A DNA stretch of 63,297 nucleotides, filler included, from Octopus bimaculoides (GCF_001194135.2; 6 parts of 6 records of this genome joined end to end with filler, not necessarily neighbours in it), one strand, 5' to 3'. Counted from the whole stretch's first letter, positions 38,055 through 50,810 are shown. Program-made: numbers and translations. The notes: a model not told the origin generated them from the letters alone.

Positions 38055-39029
38055 GAAATATGTATAAATTTACCTGATAACTGTTCTTAGAATCTATTCT
38101 GTGCTGCAATTTCACACACTTATGTGGAGTGACAACACAGCAAATGGTTATTTCAAGGCCAATTGTGTGTGTGTATGTGTGTGTGTGTACACGTGGTGTT
38201 TGTCATTTTGTCATTGAGAGAAATCATCAAATAAGGAGTGTCTCAGGTGATTAGAAGTTATTGAAAGAGACATGTATCAATGAGCCAGTAAACCTAATTA
38301 TAGATAAAAATACCATGTGACACTGAATAATCTCTCTGTGATATTTTAGCTATTGATGGTCACATGAGACATGTTAATCATAGTCATTGTGAAAATATTT
38401 CGAGTAAATCTTTATCAGCTTGAGGTAAACCTCAATAATTCTCTATCTCACCTGTATCTCTTTTACTTGTATTGCCTTTTATAATGATGACTGCCATTCC
38501 TTCCTACATAACTTACAGCTCGGTTCTTAATACATCTATGAAACTATCCCTGATAGCCCTACAGCTACCCAGTAGCATTTTGCCTTAATCTAATTATTGC
38601 TACTGAGAAAAACTGTTTCAATCTTATATCCCTATAAATACACTTTTCCTAAATCACATACTTTTCAGAACTATCTTCCTGCTTTGTTACATGGTAATAA
38701 CAAAATATATTGTTTCACTTTTATAATTACCTCATCCACTAGCTATTTGGCTAGTTAATGTAGCAAATAGTTCAATTGTATCATAGACCTACTAAAGTCT
38801 CTCATAGACCTACTAAAATCTCTTATCCATAGTCTCTATGAACATCAGTGGATGTATCCTGTTGGTCATAAATAAAACACGAAAATATATTAATACTAGA
38901 CATAAGTTTCATAAACAACAAAATGTCATGAGCTGCAAAAACCTTTGATTGACCACATGGTGGTAAAGTAGTGGTCTAGTACTGCCGCTGCTTTTGCTAC
39001 CATAGTCCAATGCTTTTAAGTCACCATAC

Positions 39030-39250
39030 ATTTCTTTATTCTACAAACCCTCTCTATGTTCCTTTGCCTTCCATTTATAATTATGCTTGCTAAAACTTGT
39101 TCTACTTTGGTTTTGGAATGTCAATACGATTTTAGAAATTATAACTATTGAAAAATTAAACAATTCAATTTTAGTGACTGAAACTCCAGCCAACCGTGCT
39201 CCAACAACTTGTTCTGTATGGAAATCATATAGGGTATGCATTTTAACCTA
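39030..39250 (-). mobile_element. Tc1-like transposase N-terminal HTH fragment
   Basis: LYDFHTEQVVGARLAGVSVTKIELFNFS...RTSFSKHN resembles Tc1 N-termini (LSDFQRGQIVGARLAGASVTKTA). Confidence 0.7.
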
Positions 39251-39542
39251 TTTAAATATAAATTACTGCCAACTGACAAAAAATAGAGGCTTATATAATA
39301 AGCAACAAGGCACAAATTATGTATATGAATGCATATCTACTGACTAGAACTGTTGTTTTTCTTTTGAAATATTGCTAATAGGAAAAAAGAGTTTAATAAA
39401 AATGGTGTTTCCATTGTTTTGCCCAACCCTGAATATATGTGTGTGGTGGGGTGTATATACACTCCCTCCCCCCACATATATATAAGTATGTATGTTTATA
39501 CATATGTATATGTACATACATATGTAGGAATATATATATATA

Positions 39543-40071
39543 CAGGGTGCAGTGAATAAACTGTCATCTATATTATGCAAAATTGACAATAACACTGACA
39601 TCTCATTTAACAGTTATATTTACCAAAATTACATAAAAATATCTTGAAATACTAAACAGTAAATGTATTTAATAAAATCACCATTGGCTTCAACCACGGC
39701 CTCCAGACAACTTTGGAATCTCTTACAACTCTTCTGGACGGTTTCCTTGTTTAAGTTGGTGAATGCTGCCATAATCCTTGCCTTCAGTTCATCTTGGTTG
39801 TTTACAAGAAGTTTTGTTGGTCTCTTGCTCAACTATGCCCCCACACATAATAATCAAGAGGGTTGCAGTCTGGGGAGATAGGTAGCCAGGTGCTAGGGGT
39901 GATGTGGTCACAGAAATTGTCTGGCAGCCATGACTGGGTTCTTGTGCTTGTGTGACATGGTGCAGAGTCCTGTTGCCAGACATAGGGTCTTCCAGTAGCC
40001 ACCCTCTTGACCCAGGGCAGCACTACCCCCTCCAGGCACTTGATGTAGGCCTCCATATTGAGTCTGAGGTT
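39543..40071 (-). mobile_element. maT-family (DD37D) transposon, 3' part with terminal repeat
   Basis: YVWQQDSAPCH...SPDCNPLDYYVWG with exactly 37 residues between the Ds, then DELKARIMAAFTNLNKETVQKSCKRFQSCLEAVVEANGDFI. Terminus TA-CAGGGTGCAGTGAATAAACTGTC at 39541-39565. Confidence 0.9.
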
Positions 40072-40181
40072 GGTTCAGTCCCACTGCGTGGCACCTTGGG
40101 CAAGTGTCTTCTACTATAGCCTCGGGCCGATCAAAGCCTTGAGTGGATTTGGTATACAGAAACTGAAAGAAGCCCGTTGTA

Positions 40182-40228
<47 letters not shown>

Positions 40229-40443
40229 TTGTGTGTCTCTGTTTGCCCCCCGACCATCGCTTGACAACCGATGCTGGTGTGTTTACGTCCCCGTAACTTA
40301 GCGGTTCGGCAAAAGAGACCGATAGAATAAGTAACAGGCTTACAAAGAATAAGTCCTGGGGTCAATTTGCTTGACTAAAGGCGGTGCTCCAGCATGGCCG
40401 CAGTCAAATGACTGAAACAAGTAAAAGAGAGAATAAAAGAGTA
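40072..40443 (+). mobile_element. SINE family A, lacking the A-box, directly abutting the maT fragment
   Basis: Starts at the B box ggttcagtcccactgcgtggcaccttgggcaag. Internal (TA)n and complete 3' tail. Confidence 0.92.
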
Positions 40444-40689
40444 GAGCTTTGGTTGTTGTTTGTAGTGAGTTAAATGACTGCATTGAGATGTCCTTCATTT
40501 TGTCTGCTGGTTCAACGGGTATCCATTCACAAGTGGTGGGTATTGTTATTCCAATAACCAGATAAGGAGTTGATTAAAAAATATCAAAATGTTGGGAAAA
40601 AAATCATTTTTCAGAGATTTGGCTGTTACTTCAAGCAAATCAAATGGTCATATTGAACTCTCCGTCATCATCTTTGCTTATTCAACCAG

Positions 40690-40990
40690 CATTATTATTT
40701 ATGGCCAGGTTCCAACCTGGGCTGCAGCAGCAGAGTCCATCTGCCATACTTCTCAGTCCAACATCACTGTCTCGACGTCCTGGATACTTTCCAGGCCACC
40801 AGTGCTTGCAATGAAGTCGTCAATGTAAGAGTAACAATGTTTTCCTTTTCTTACATCACCATGAACTGGATTTCACATGACTAATTTGAATGCTTCCAGT
40901 TCAGGGTAGGACACAGTGACCAGATAGTCACAGACAACATTCGGCAGGTTTCCATAAAGGCATTCATTTGTTATATGTGGCTGCCATTTC
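40690..40990 (-). mobile_element. Decayed RTE-clade LINE C-terminus with (TAA)n tail
   Basis: HITNECLYGNLP...LSGHC..ELEAFKLVM.NPVHGDVRKGKHCYSYIDDFIASTGGLESIQDVETVMLD.EVWQ fits the RTE C-terminal pattern HG.R..GRP..TYID.L..DTG..M.DR..W. Confidence 0.75.
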
Positions 40991-41562
40991 ATATTTGTCA
41001 ATGCAGATTTTCTATGGCTGGATGCCCTTCCAGTTGCCAACACTCACCTGTTTTGAAGCAAAGTAATGTTTCTCTCAATGGTCAGACATGTTTTTGTAGA
41101 ACATTAGAAATGACTGACAGACACAGACATAAATACATAGAGCAATAGGTTCTGAGTGTGTATAAATAGTTGCAAAGTGGAAGAACTAAGTAGTTAAGTT
41201 TAGATATATGTGGAGTATTGATAGGGGAGTCAGGTGAGTATTCCAAAAGTTGGGACAGGGAGGAAGAATTTCAAAACTCAAAAAATTAAATTCTTTCTTT
41301 TTCAGAATTTTGTTTATACACACTTTATTCAGAACCTATTCTTTCAGTTTCCATCCACTAAATCCACTCAAAGTTTTGGCTGGCCTGGGGCTGCAGTAGA
41401 AGAGGCTCATCCAAAGTGCTATGTAGTGGGACTAAACCCAAAACCATGTGGTTGTTAATGAAACTTCTTAATGACACAGCCATGCTTCTCCCTCTCTATA
41501 TTTTTGAGTGTGTATACATTAACCCTGATGGGGCAAGCAATTCAATCAAAAGGGTTGTGACT

Positions 41563-41798
41563 ACATCATCATCATCATCATCGTTTAACGTCCGCTTTCC
41601 ATGCTAGCATGGGTTGGACGATTTGACTGAGGACTGGTGCAACCGGATGGCTACACCAGGCTCCAATCTAATTTGGCAGAGTTTCTACAGCTGGATGCCC
41701 TTCCTAATGCCAACCACTCAGAGAGTGTAGTGGGTGCTTTTACATGTCACCCGCACGAAAACGGCCACGCTCGAAATGGTGTCTTTTATGTGCCACCC
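41563..41798 (-). mobile_element. RTE-type LINE 3' end, young copy running into a gap
   Basis: Nearly identical to 34095-34327, including cacgaaaacggccacgctcgaaatggtgtcttttatgtgcc. Confidence 0.9.
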
Positions 41799-41904
41799 NN
41801 NNNNNNNNNNNNNNNNNNNNNNNNNNNNNNNNNNNNNNNNNNTTAATTAATTAANNNNNNNNNNNNNNNNNNNNNNNNNNNNNNNNNNNNNNNNNNNNAC
41901 CGCA

Positions 41905-42276
41905 TTAGGGAAGAGAGATTTTATTTTCTGGTGCAATGCTGGTGTAATATGGTATATCTGTGTGTTTTGGCGGTGTTGTAAGTGGGTGATTGTTTGTTTT
42001 AATGTCATTGTTTGTAATGTTTGTTTTTGAGTTGATGTATTTCATCAACTCTGTGTTGGTAGTCTTTATCGCCGTGAGCATTGTTTTTTGCATATTATTA
42101 TTGGTCTTGGGAGTATTTTCGGGAGATGTGAATCTCCCTACTTTGTTAGTGCTTGCATTTTGTTTTGTTTTCTTCTTACTGCGCTTCCTCTTTCCTTTCG
42201 TAGCTATTTTCCACTCCTCCCCACTCTCTTCATCGGATGATGGGAGATCTGAGGAGTCAGAAAGAGGTAACGGCAA
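41905..42276 (-). mobile_element. Possible retrotransposon ORF1/N-terminal fragment
   Basis: 123-codon open frame with acidic-Ser, then WKIATKGKRKRSKKK basic motif and an N/T/K-rich tail. No ATG start; adjacent to a gap. Confidence 0.3.
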
Positions 42277-42423
42277 ATTTTGTGCGTCTGTGTGTGTTTC
42301 TGTGAGTGTTTGTGTATTTTAAATCTAATTGTATCTTTGTATCTATACGTTTTTCCCTACAAAGACTGTTTTATTTATTTTTTCTTATATGAACACGTGT
42401 GTTTTTGTCTTTGTATATGCATA

Positions 42424-42620
42424 AGGCAACGAGCTAGCAGAATCGTTAGCACGCTGGACGAAATGTTCGCTACGTTCTGAATTCTAATTCCGCCGAGGTC
42501 GACTCTGCCTTTCATCCTTTCAGATTCAATAAATTGAGTATTAGTGAAACTCTGGGGTCGATGTAATCAACAAGTCAGCTCCTCTCAAATTTCAGACCTT
42601 GTTCCTTTCGTAGAAATGAT
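42424..42620 (+). mobile_element. SINE family B copy
   Basis: aaggcaacgagctagcagaatcgttagcacg...ccgccgaggtcgactctgcctttcatcctttc. Confidence 0.85.
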
Positions 42621-43281
42621 TAATGTATTTAAACTTTGTGTGTGTGAATGTATGTGATGATGTTGTATGTTTATATAAATGTGTATATGTATGTATGTAT
42701 GTATATATGTATGTATGTATGTATGTTCAACCATAAATCTGTATATGTCCATTTGGATTTGAATATGCGCGTGAATTTCTATATATGCAAAGTATATGTA
42801 TATGTGTGTGAATAGGTATGCTTCTTCTCACATATTTATGTAGCTTGTGTGTGTGTGTGTGTCTGTGTCTGTATGTATATATATGTGTATGTCAGTGTGA
42901 GTGTGTTTGTGTATTTGTGCGTAAAAGTGTACGTGTGTGTATGCATGTGTACATATGTGTATACATATATGTGTGTGTGTGTGTGTGCGCGCGTGTGTGA
43001 GTACGTATGTGTGTGCATGTGTATACATTGATATATGTGCGTGTATTTCTTCAACCCATAACTCTCACTTCCTTTCTCTTTCCCTCTCTCTACATTTCTC
43101 TTTTTCTCTCTGTTTCCTTTCTCTGCTACTTGATTGGCCATTTATTCTTTCTTCCAACTGCCAATACGATTCCTGATTATCAACTTTTTAGAAATGCTTC
43201 ATCCAAATGTGTTATTTGATTCTATATCGCAAGAACTTTGAATAGGAGATATCTTACATGCTTACATGCTTATCCTACAAG

Positions 43282-43589
43282 TGAGGGTGCATGGTTCAGT
43301 GGTTAGAGCGTTGGTCTCACAATCATGCGGTAGTGATTTCAAACCCCGTACCGGGCTGTGTTGTGTTCTTGAGCAAGACACTTTATTTCACATTGCTCCA
43401 GTTCACTGGTACCAAGCTGTATCGGCCTTTGTCTTTCACTTGGATAACATCAGTGGTATGGAGAGAGGGGAGGCTGGTATGCATAGACGACTGCTGGTCT
43501 TCCATAAACAACCTTGCCCGGACTTGTGCCTGGGAGGATAACTTTCTAGGTGCAACCCTATGGTCATTCATGACCGAAGGCCGTCTTTA
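43282..43589 (+). mobile_element. SINE family D (tRNA-derived, with gtgttcttgagcaagacactttatttcac core)
   Basis: A box TGGTTCAGTGG, decayed B box GATTTCAAACCC, V/Meta-like central segment. Confidence 0.75.
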
Positions 43590-44977
43590 CATTTATCTAT
43601 CCTACAATTACAAATTTCTAACTTCTCGTAGCAAATGCAACATGGGTAATCGTGAATAAATAATGCCCAACTTGTTTTTTTAATCTCTTTTGACAAATGT
43701 ATAAGTGTGTGTGTGTACATTTGCATATGTTCATGTATCTATATGTATATATATATATATATATNNNNNNNNNNNNNNNNNNNNNNNNNNNNNNNNNNNN
43801 NNNNNNNNNNNNNNNNNNNNNNNNNNNNNNNNNNNNNNNNNNNNNNNNNNNNNNNNNNNNNNNNNNNNNNNNNNNNNNNNNNNNNNNNNNNNNNNNNNNN
43901 NNNNNNNNNNNNNNNNNNNNNNNNNNNNNNNNNNNNNNNNNNNNNNNNNNNNNNNNNNNNNNNNNNNNNNNNNNNNNNNNNNNNNNNNNNNNNNNNNNNN
44001 NNNNNNNNNNNNNNNNNNNNNNNNNNNNNNNNNNNNNNNNNNNNNNNNNNNNNNNNNNNNNNNNNNNNNNNNNNNNNNNNNNNNNNNNNNNNNNNNATAC
44101 ACGGGTGTATATGATTGTGTATAGAAGAATATATTACTCTAAGAGATTCCAACTTTGACTTTCGTGTTTTATTTACAGTTTTATAATAATATAATATCAT
44201 ATAATATAATGAAGTGATAGAATATTAAATGTCCTTTCATATTGAACTAGTACTTTCGTGCATTAAGCTAAGCAATCTTCAGGTTAATGTAGTAGTGGTG
44301 ACAGTTATGTTTTACAATTTACAACTGTAGTAAGATGGCTGAACTGTTGCTTTAAATACATTAGTATAGGCTCCAAAATGTTACTTTCTGTAAACTGTAT
44401 TCTGACCAATCAGTGTGTGGCTTTAGGCCACACGGTTTGTTGAATATGTCAAGAAACCTGTATTTTGACCCTGGCCAAAGTAGTAATTGTTGGTCTATTT
44501 TTGGAAATGCTGTAAATAACATTTTCCAGGGAGTTTTACATTTCAATTATCATCATCATTATCATATCCTTTATTATTGCTGTCGCTGTTGTTGTTGTCT
44601 TTGTTGTTGGTGGTGGTGATGGCAGTGGTGGTGGTGGTGGTGGCGGTGGTGGTGGTGGTAGGAGTAGAACCTTAAATTCAAAAATAAGATTATTTTTACT
44701 GACTTTTCTCTTGACTTAGCTAGTATTTTCGTGCTATCGTCATCATGAGCACCTTTAGTATTGCTGTTGTTGTTAGTGGTAGTGGTCGAAGCAGTAAAAA
44801 TAGTACTTCTAAGTATCAGTATAATTGTTTATTTAGCTTGGGTTGGAATTTATAAATAAACTTCTTTTCTCTGATTTTTCATTTAATTTCACTTGGACTG
44901 TGTAGTTTGTAGAATGGAAATATTATAAATAGAATGGAAGTATAAATATTATAGAATGAAACTATTATAAATATTTT

Positions 44978-45420
44978 TCAGCCGCATGTTGCTAGATGGT
45001 TACTCAAAGGTATCTGACGAACATCTGGGTCTCTACTTTGCTGTTGAACGTTCTGATTTCCACTCTGATCCACATAAAGTTCTTCACAATTCGGGCATTT
45101 GATGCAGTAAATTGAATTTCTGCGTTTGCAGTTCATATTTCCGTTTGTGAGCATTTTTCCGGTTTTTGTGTTCATATATTGGCCGGTATATATGAACTAG
45201 CATGTACCACATCGGCTATCATTGCATTTAGATACAGTTAATGATTGCTCTTTGTTGCTAAGATCAAACATTACCTTTGTTAATAATTTTTTGAAGTTTT
45301 AGGCTGTCTTTTACGAAAAACCATAGCTCGGTCTGTGATTAAATCTTTTAATTCATAACTTTGAGCAATGATTGATAGGTTTGCTTTGGCAACTCACACA
45401 AAATACTGAAATATACCTAA
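44978..45420 (-). mobile_element. Penelope-like element GIY-YIG endonuclease fragment
   Basis: NFKKLLTKVMFDL...VSKCNDSRCGTC.FIYTGQYMNTKTGKMLTNGNMNCKRRNSIYCIKCPNCEELYVDQSG...QQQSRDPDVRQIPLSNHLATC matches the PLE Cys-linker plus N.IY.I.C..C...YIGQTG pattern. Confidence 0.85.
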
Positions 45421-46332
45421 AACATATAAAATGTAAGATAAATCTACAGTTATTTATTTGAAGCATCTAAAAGTGCAAATCATAAATGAATTTAAAGCAT
45501 GCATTCTCATCTTAAGTAACTATAACAACAGCAACAGCAACAACAACAACAGCAGCAGCAACAACAACTACAAATCTTCTTACAGAGGGCTTTAAGGGAA
45601 AAGTACTGAATCAAGGTAAGTCGATTGAATTGACTAAAATTCAGGACAGTGATGACCTTACTGGAACTAAATAGCATATAAATTAAAAAATGCATTCTGA
45701 CACGTACATCCAAACACATGAGCATAATTGTTTCGTTGCATCACGGTATTTATATGAGCGACAAAGGGTGTTTTGAATATAATTTTCCATTGCCTGCCCT
45801 GATGGTAAATATAACGCTACCGTATTTGATAATTATTTTCTCCGTATTTCAAAGAATTACAAAGAGACTAGTTTCGAAATATTTGGTATACATAAACTTG
45901 AGATCTGCATATATTTATATACCCTGCATCTGCATTATTGAAACTCATTTAATATAGAAAGTAGAAAAAGAACGTAAGTCCAGTGAAGGAACTCAAAATT
46001 AGTAATCTATCAGTTATCAGGTAATCTCATAAAAGATTACAACACCAGCTGACGCCTCTTTCATTCTCGCATTAGATAAAAAGTAAATTTTTATCTGCTT
46101 CCTTAATTGAACTTCAACATTCCCAAGACACACACTTGAATCACATTTTCAACCACTTTTATCTCTAGAAAGGCATGTTACTTTTTTGATACCCAATATA
46201 GAAAGACACCATGCCCCATTCCATTTTCAACTAGAATTAACTCACAAACACATGAATATACCAAGGCCTGAAAGGTTTAGGTCATCTCTATACAAAACAT
46301 TACATTCCATTCAATAAAAATCTAAAGGTTTG

Positions 46333-46390
<58 letters not shown>

Positions 46391-46519
46391 TATATATATT
46401 TTATATGCTCGTCTATTTTTATCTATCTATTTATCCATTTATCTATTTGTCTATCTGTCTGTCTATGTGTGTGTGTCTCTCTCTCTCTCACTGTGTGTAT
46501 GTTTAAACACGCACACACA

Positions 46520-46745
46520 TAAAATGAGAGACAGACAGACAGACAGATAGATAGGTAGACAGAAATACAAACAGACAGGCAGACAGACAGGCAGGCTGAC
46601 AGACAGGCAAGCAGACAGATAGACAGATAACTAGATTGATAGATAGAACGACATACAGACAGACAAACACAGATAGATAGGCAGACAGACAGGCAAGCAG
46701 ACAGACAAGCAGGCAGACAGACAGGCAGGCAGATAGATAGATAAC
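46520..46745. repeat. Degenerate (AGAC/AGGC/AGAT)n tract
   Basis: Directly visible. Confidence 0.9.
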
Positions 46746-47531
46746 AATAAATATTTTGTGTAACGAAACCAAAGGCAAAAATCTTGAAGTCACTGTGAGC
46801 CTTTTCTTTCTAAAGGTAAATGTCATACTCGTATATATTTAGGCTATCCTGGCAGAGGCAAGAGTTGCGTGCTAAAACAAGAAGACATCAAAACTGATGA
46901 GTCAGGAAAGGCAGAAGGTGAGTGTTGCAAAAAGCTGTTAATTGTGAGATGAAATAAGGAACAAATTGTTCAGTTAAAATGTATTTGTTTGGAGAACTCC
47001 AGGCAAACATTTATAACAACTGGCAGCAGAGAATTATTAGCGCTGTGAGGTGAAGGGTGGTAGTGCTGCTGAGAAAGGAAACCAACGAAAGGCATATTAT
47101 AGTTTCCAATCCTCAACCCTTGTAAATATATTGCTAAAAATTCTGTCTAAATTGTTAGCAAAGAGGCTGGTACTTCTCTTTGATGATTTAGCCGAAAGCG
47201 CACAAACCAATAAAAATGGTACGAGATAAACCTAGTCACTTTGGCGCACCGATGATATTTGGGTCAGTCGAACTCCTTCGATAAAGACTACTTGACAGCT
47301 GCTCTGAAAAGCAGACGAGGTTGGACCCGTTTTAAGATTCTGGATCGCAACACTGTTCATTGGAAACTGTTCGAAGGCCAATTTGAAGGTCATTTTGAAG
47401 GTTGTCTCTTGGAACCGATTCACATCGCGCGCTGAGTCTGTCAAGTGTGTCACCTCTTACCTCTACACTTTGTTCTGAGCAATTGCAGAGAAAGCCTTTA
47501 TTGAGAAGCATCTCTTTCAAGATAGAATGTA

Positions 47532-48788
47532 TTGGGTTGTCCGGAAAGTTCGTGCCGATTTTTAAAGGAAAGAAAAAGATCAGTAAATACTTGCCATTAC
47601 ATTTTAATCAACCAAATATGAACCATTTTGTTTCACAATGCCTCGCCGTCTTTCCTTTAACTTGAAAATACCCTCTTCCCAGAATTGAGGTGGTTTCATG
47701 GCAAATAATTCATCAAGGTATCTTTTCACGTCATCCAAGGAATTGAAATTTTTACCATTAAGAGACCTGAATAAGTGGAAATCCGAAGGAGCAATATCTG
47801 GTGAATATGGAGGGTCAGGTAACACATCCCAGCCGAGCTGCAGCAACTTTTGTCTGGTTCCCAAAGAAACATGCGGTCTTGCATTATCATGTTGGAAAAC
47901 AACATCCTTCCTGTTGGCTAATTCTGGACGTTTCTCTTGAATTGTTGCTTTTAACTCGTCCAGTTGTGTGCAGTATTTCTCAGAATTAATTGTCTGGTAA
48001 ATTGGGAGAAGCTCATAGTATAGAATTCCTTTCCAATCCCACCACACACAAAGCAAGATTGTTTTTAGAGTGAAAACCCGCTTTTGAGGTGGCTAAGGGT
48101 GGCTCACTTCGCTTACTCCAGGATCGCTTTCTCTGAATATTTCGGTAGATAATCCATTTCTCATCACAATTTGCTTTAAAAAAGGTGTGTTTTCATTCCG
48201 TTTATAAAGCGAATTACAGATGAAAATGCGATCCAAATGGTTCTTCTCACTCAGCTCATGTGGTACCCAAACATCGTAGCGATTTGTGTACCCAAGCTTT
48301 ACCAGGTGCTCATGAACGACGGATTTTGATAGGTTGAGGCTTTCTGCCAATTCTCGGGTTGTGCAATGTGGGTTATTCTCAATTAATGACTTGATTTGGT
48401 CATCATCTGCAGTGGATGGTCTGCCTGATCGATCTTTATCAATAACCTCCAGCTCGAAACCTTCCGAACCACTTCCGTACAGTTCTTTCGGGTAAAGAAA
48501 CATTACCGCAAACTGTGCATATTTCTTTGGTTGCTTGTGAGGCATTTTCCCCTTTACGGAAAAAGAAAAGCATCAAGTGCCAAAAATGAACTTTCTTATC
48601 TTCCATTTTAAAGGGTTACAGATTTAACACAGGTTATAGGAACATAAACCTTCTTCCACGAAAAGATAGCTTAAACTGTGCTCTAAATGGAGGTGTAGTC
48701 AAATCCTATTTTATGGACTCAACCATGTTCTAAAATAAGTCGAAAGGTAAGCTACTATAAATCGGCACGGACTTTCTGAACAATCCAA
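47532..48788 (-). mobile_element. Near full-length DD34D mariner transposon (1257 bp)
   Basis: TIRs TTGGGTTGTCCGGAAAGTTCGTGCCGATTT (47532) and AAATCGGCACGGACTTTCTGAACAATCCAA (ends 48788). TA on the left, CA on the right. Confidence 0.96.
47604..48606 (-). pseudogene. Frameshifted mariner transposase
   Basis: MEDKKVHFWHLMLFFFRKGENASQATKEI...DRSGRP...WVPHELSEKN...MLCVWWDWKGILYYELL...VFQHDNARPH...PPYSPDIAPSDFHLFRSL. DD34D spacing counted directly. Confidence 0.93.
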
Positions 48789-50613
48789 CAGAAGATCTGT
48801 GTCGTATGCAAACGCTCTCATCATAATGGTGTCGGCATATCCTGGAAATGACGGAAATCGGCCCCACCCTGGACGTATAAAATGCGGTAGCTTCATTCAA
48901 TAGAACGTATATAATGATGCTCTTAGCATCGAGAGGTTTTAAATTCATTAAATGTCAGACAGCGTAATAAGAGATGATACAAAAACATGTTCACGTGGTA
49001 TAATTCGCCACAAAAAATCAGTTTCGGTATTCCTCTATTATGAAAAGTTACACCTTTCTCCTTGATATTTGTATAGAAAAAATATCAAATCATTGACCTC
49101 GCTCCTTTATGGAAAATTATTCTGGAGTTTCTGCGCTTCGTTGATATTTACATCGGCTTTAATCATCGCAACACTTCTTTTCCTCAAAATATGTACATTA
49201 AATGTCGAAGTTAGTATGAAAATATCTTTTAAGATTGCCGTACGGGTTCCAAATCAGGATTCTCCTGATATGCTTTCTTTTTTTTTTTTAAGTAATCGAA
49301 CACTTCCACATCAACAGAAAAGTAATAAATATTGTAGGTTCTGTTTTTCTTCATAACATAGGAATAAAAATGTTCAAACATTTCCTTTTTCCATATTTCT
49401 ATATTCTCGGGAAATGTGCACATGTTTTGTAAGTGTCATTACGATCCTAAAATTTATATTAAAGAACTTTCACTCCAAAGTAAATGAGATATGCACTGGT
49501 TCAATACCACTTGTTTATTGTTGATCAATCGGTTATATAACTCACCGGTCGTCTGTTTAAAATGTTCGTTAAACAATCGTAACCTTTCTCTTCAAGGCTT
49601 GCTTTGTATGCTTTTACCACAAAGTAACATTTACCACTTGTTTTGCAAAGCTTATCTGCCACAAATGTAAGAGAGTGTATTAGTATTATTTAAGCTTCTT
49701 CCTGATGAAACACTAATTTACTAAAAGCATTTTTTTTTTATTAAAGATAAGACAATGTTAGAAATTAAATTGTTTGAGACTAAAGCGATACAAATAAACC
49801 TAATCCTCCTACAGCTATTAGAATTCACAAGCCGTACTGGTATCCTTTTTAATGGGTATCTAATGGTTCATAAGCTTTGGCAACACTAATGGCTTAATCA
49901 GATTCAGTACACTAAAAAATGTTTTAATTTTACTGAGATATTCTCGGTAGCTAAGCATCTTTATTGCGTAGTGTAAATATATATATATAAAGTAATGATT
50001 CAAAATTGAAGAACAAATACAGTAATTCTTCCACATTAGGTTAAGAACCTCCCAACTTGGTTAGTCCGAAGCATCCTACAGCATTGAACTCCAGTCAATT
50101 TTTCAAACTGTTATATCTAAAGGTTCTCATGGACATCAGAGTATCGGAACTGGCAAGAAATTTCCGTTGGACACTAGTTGTTCAATTACTACTAGCGTGA
50201 TCTTTACTACCAATTTGACATTTTGTGTTCCTTATCTCAGAAATCATTAGTCCTTCTCAAACTACACGTTGCCACACCTTTCCTCTTCTTATCAGTTCTT
50301 TGCCTTCTACGCAAAAAAACTGTGAACTATATTCAACGTGAGTGTGATGGGTTTTTCCCACATATTTTGCTTACCTTCTATTTTCCCATCCACCACTGCT
50401 CATATTGAAATCTAAGACACCTGAAGGATTCTATAAGCATTCTTTTGTACTGGGTATGCAGGAAATATCCCAAATCTATCCCAAATTCCTTATGTAAACT
50501 TGCTTGATGCTATAACAATTGACTGCTGTAATCTAGGTTTCTGTTATTAGCTAATCTAGGGTGGTTTTATATCGTCTTAAGTATGAATTATGTTGTCAGT
50601 ACTGAGTAATCCG

Positions 50614-50810
50614 TAAGGCGGCGAGCTGGCAGAAACGTTAGCACGCCGGGCGAAATGCTTAGCGGTATTTCATCTGCCTTTATGTTCTGAGTTCAAATTC
50701 CGACTTTGCCATTCATCCTTTTCGGGGTCGATACATTAAGTACTGGGGTCTATCTAGTTGACTGGCCCCCTCCCGCAAAGTTTAAGGCCTTGCGCCTAGA
50801 ATAGAAAAGA
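50614..50810 (+). mobile_element. SINE family B copy, low divergence
   Basis: aaggcggcgagctggcagaaacgttagcacgccgggcgaaatgcttagcggtatttc...gagttcaaattcc. Confidence 0.88.

Noticed and set aside
49069-49356. Hydrophobic plus-strand ORF suggesting a membrane protein or GPCR
   Set aside because: No GPCR signature motifs. Hydrophobicity is expected from T-rich sequence or the antisense of a Lys/Asn-rich frame.
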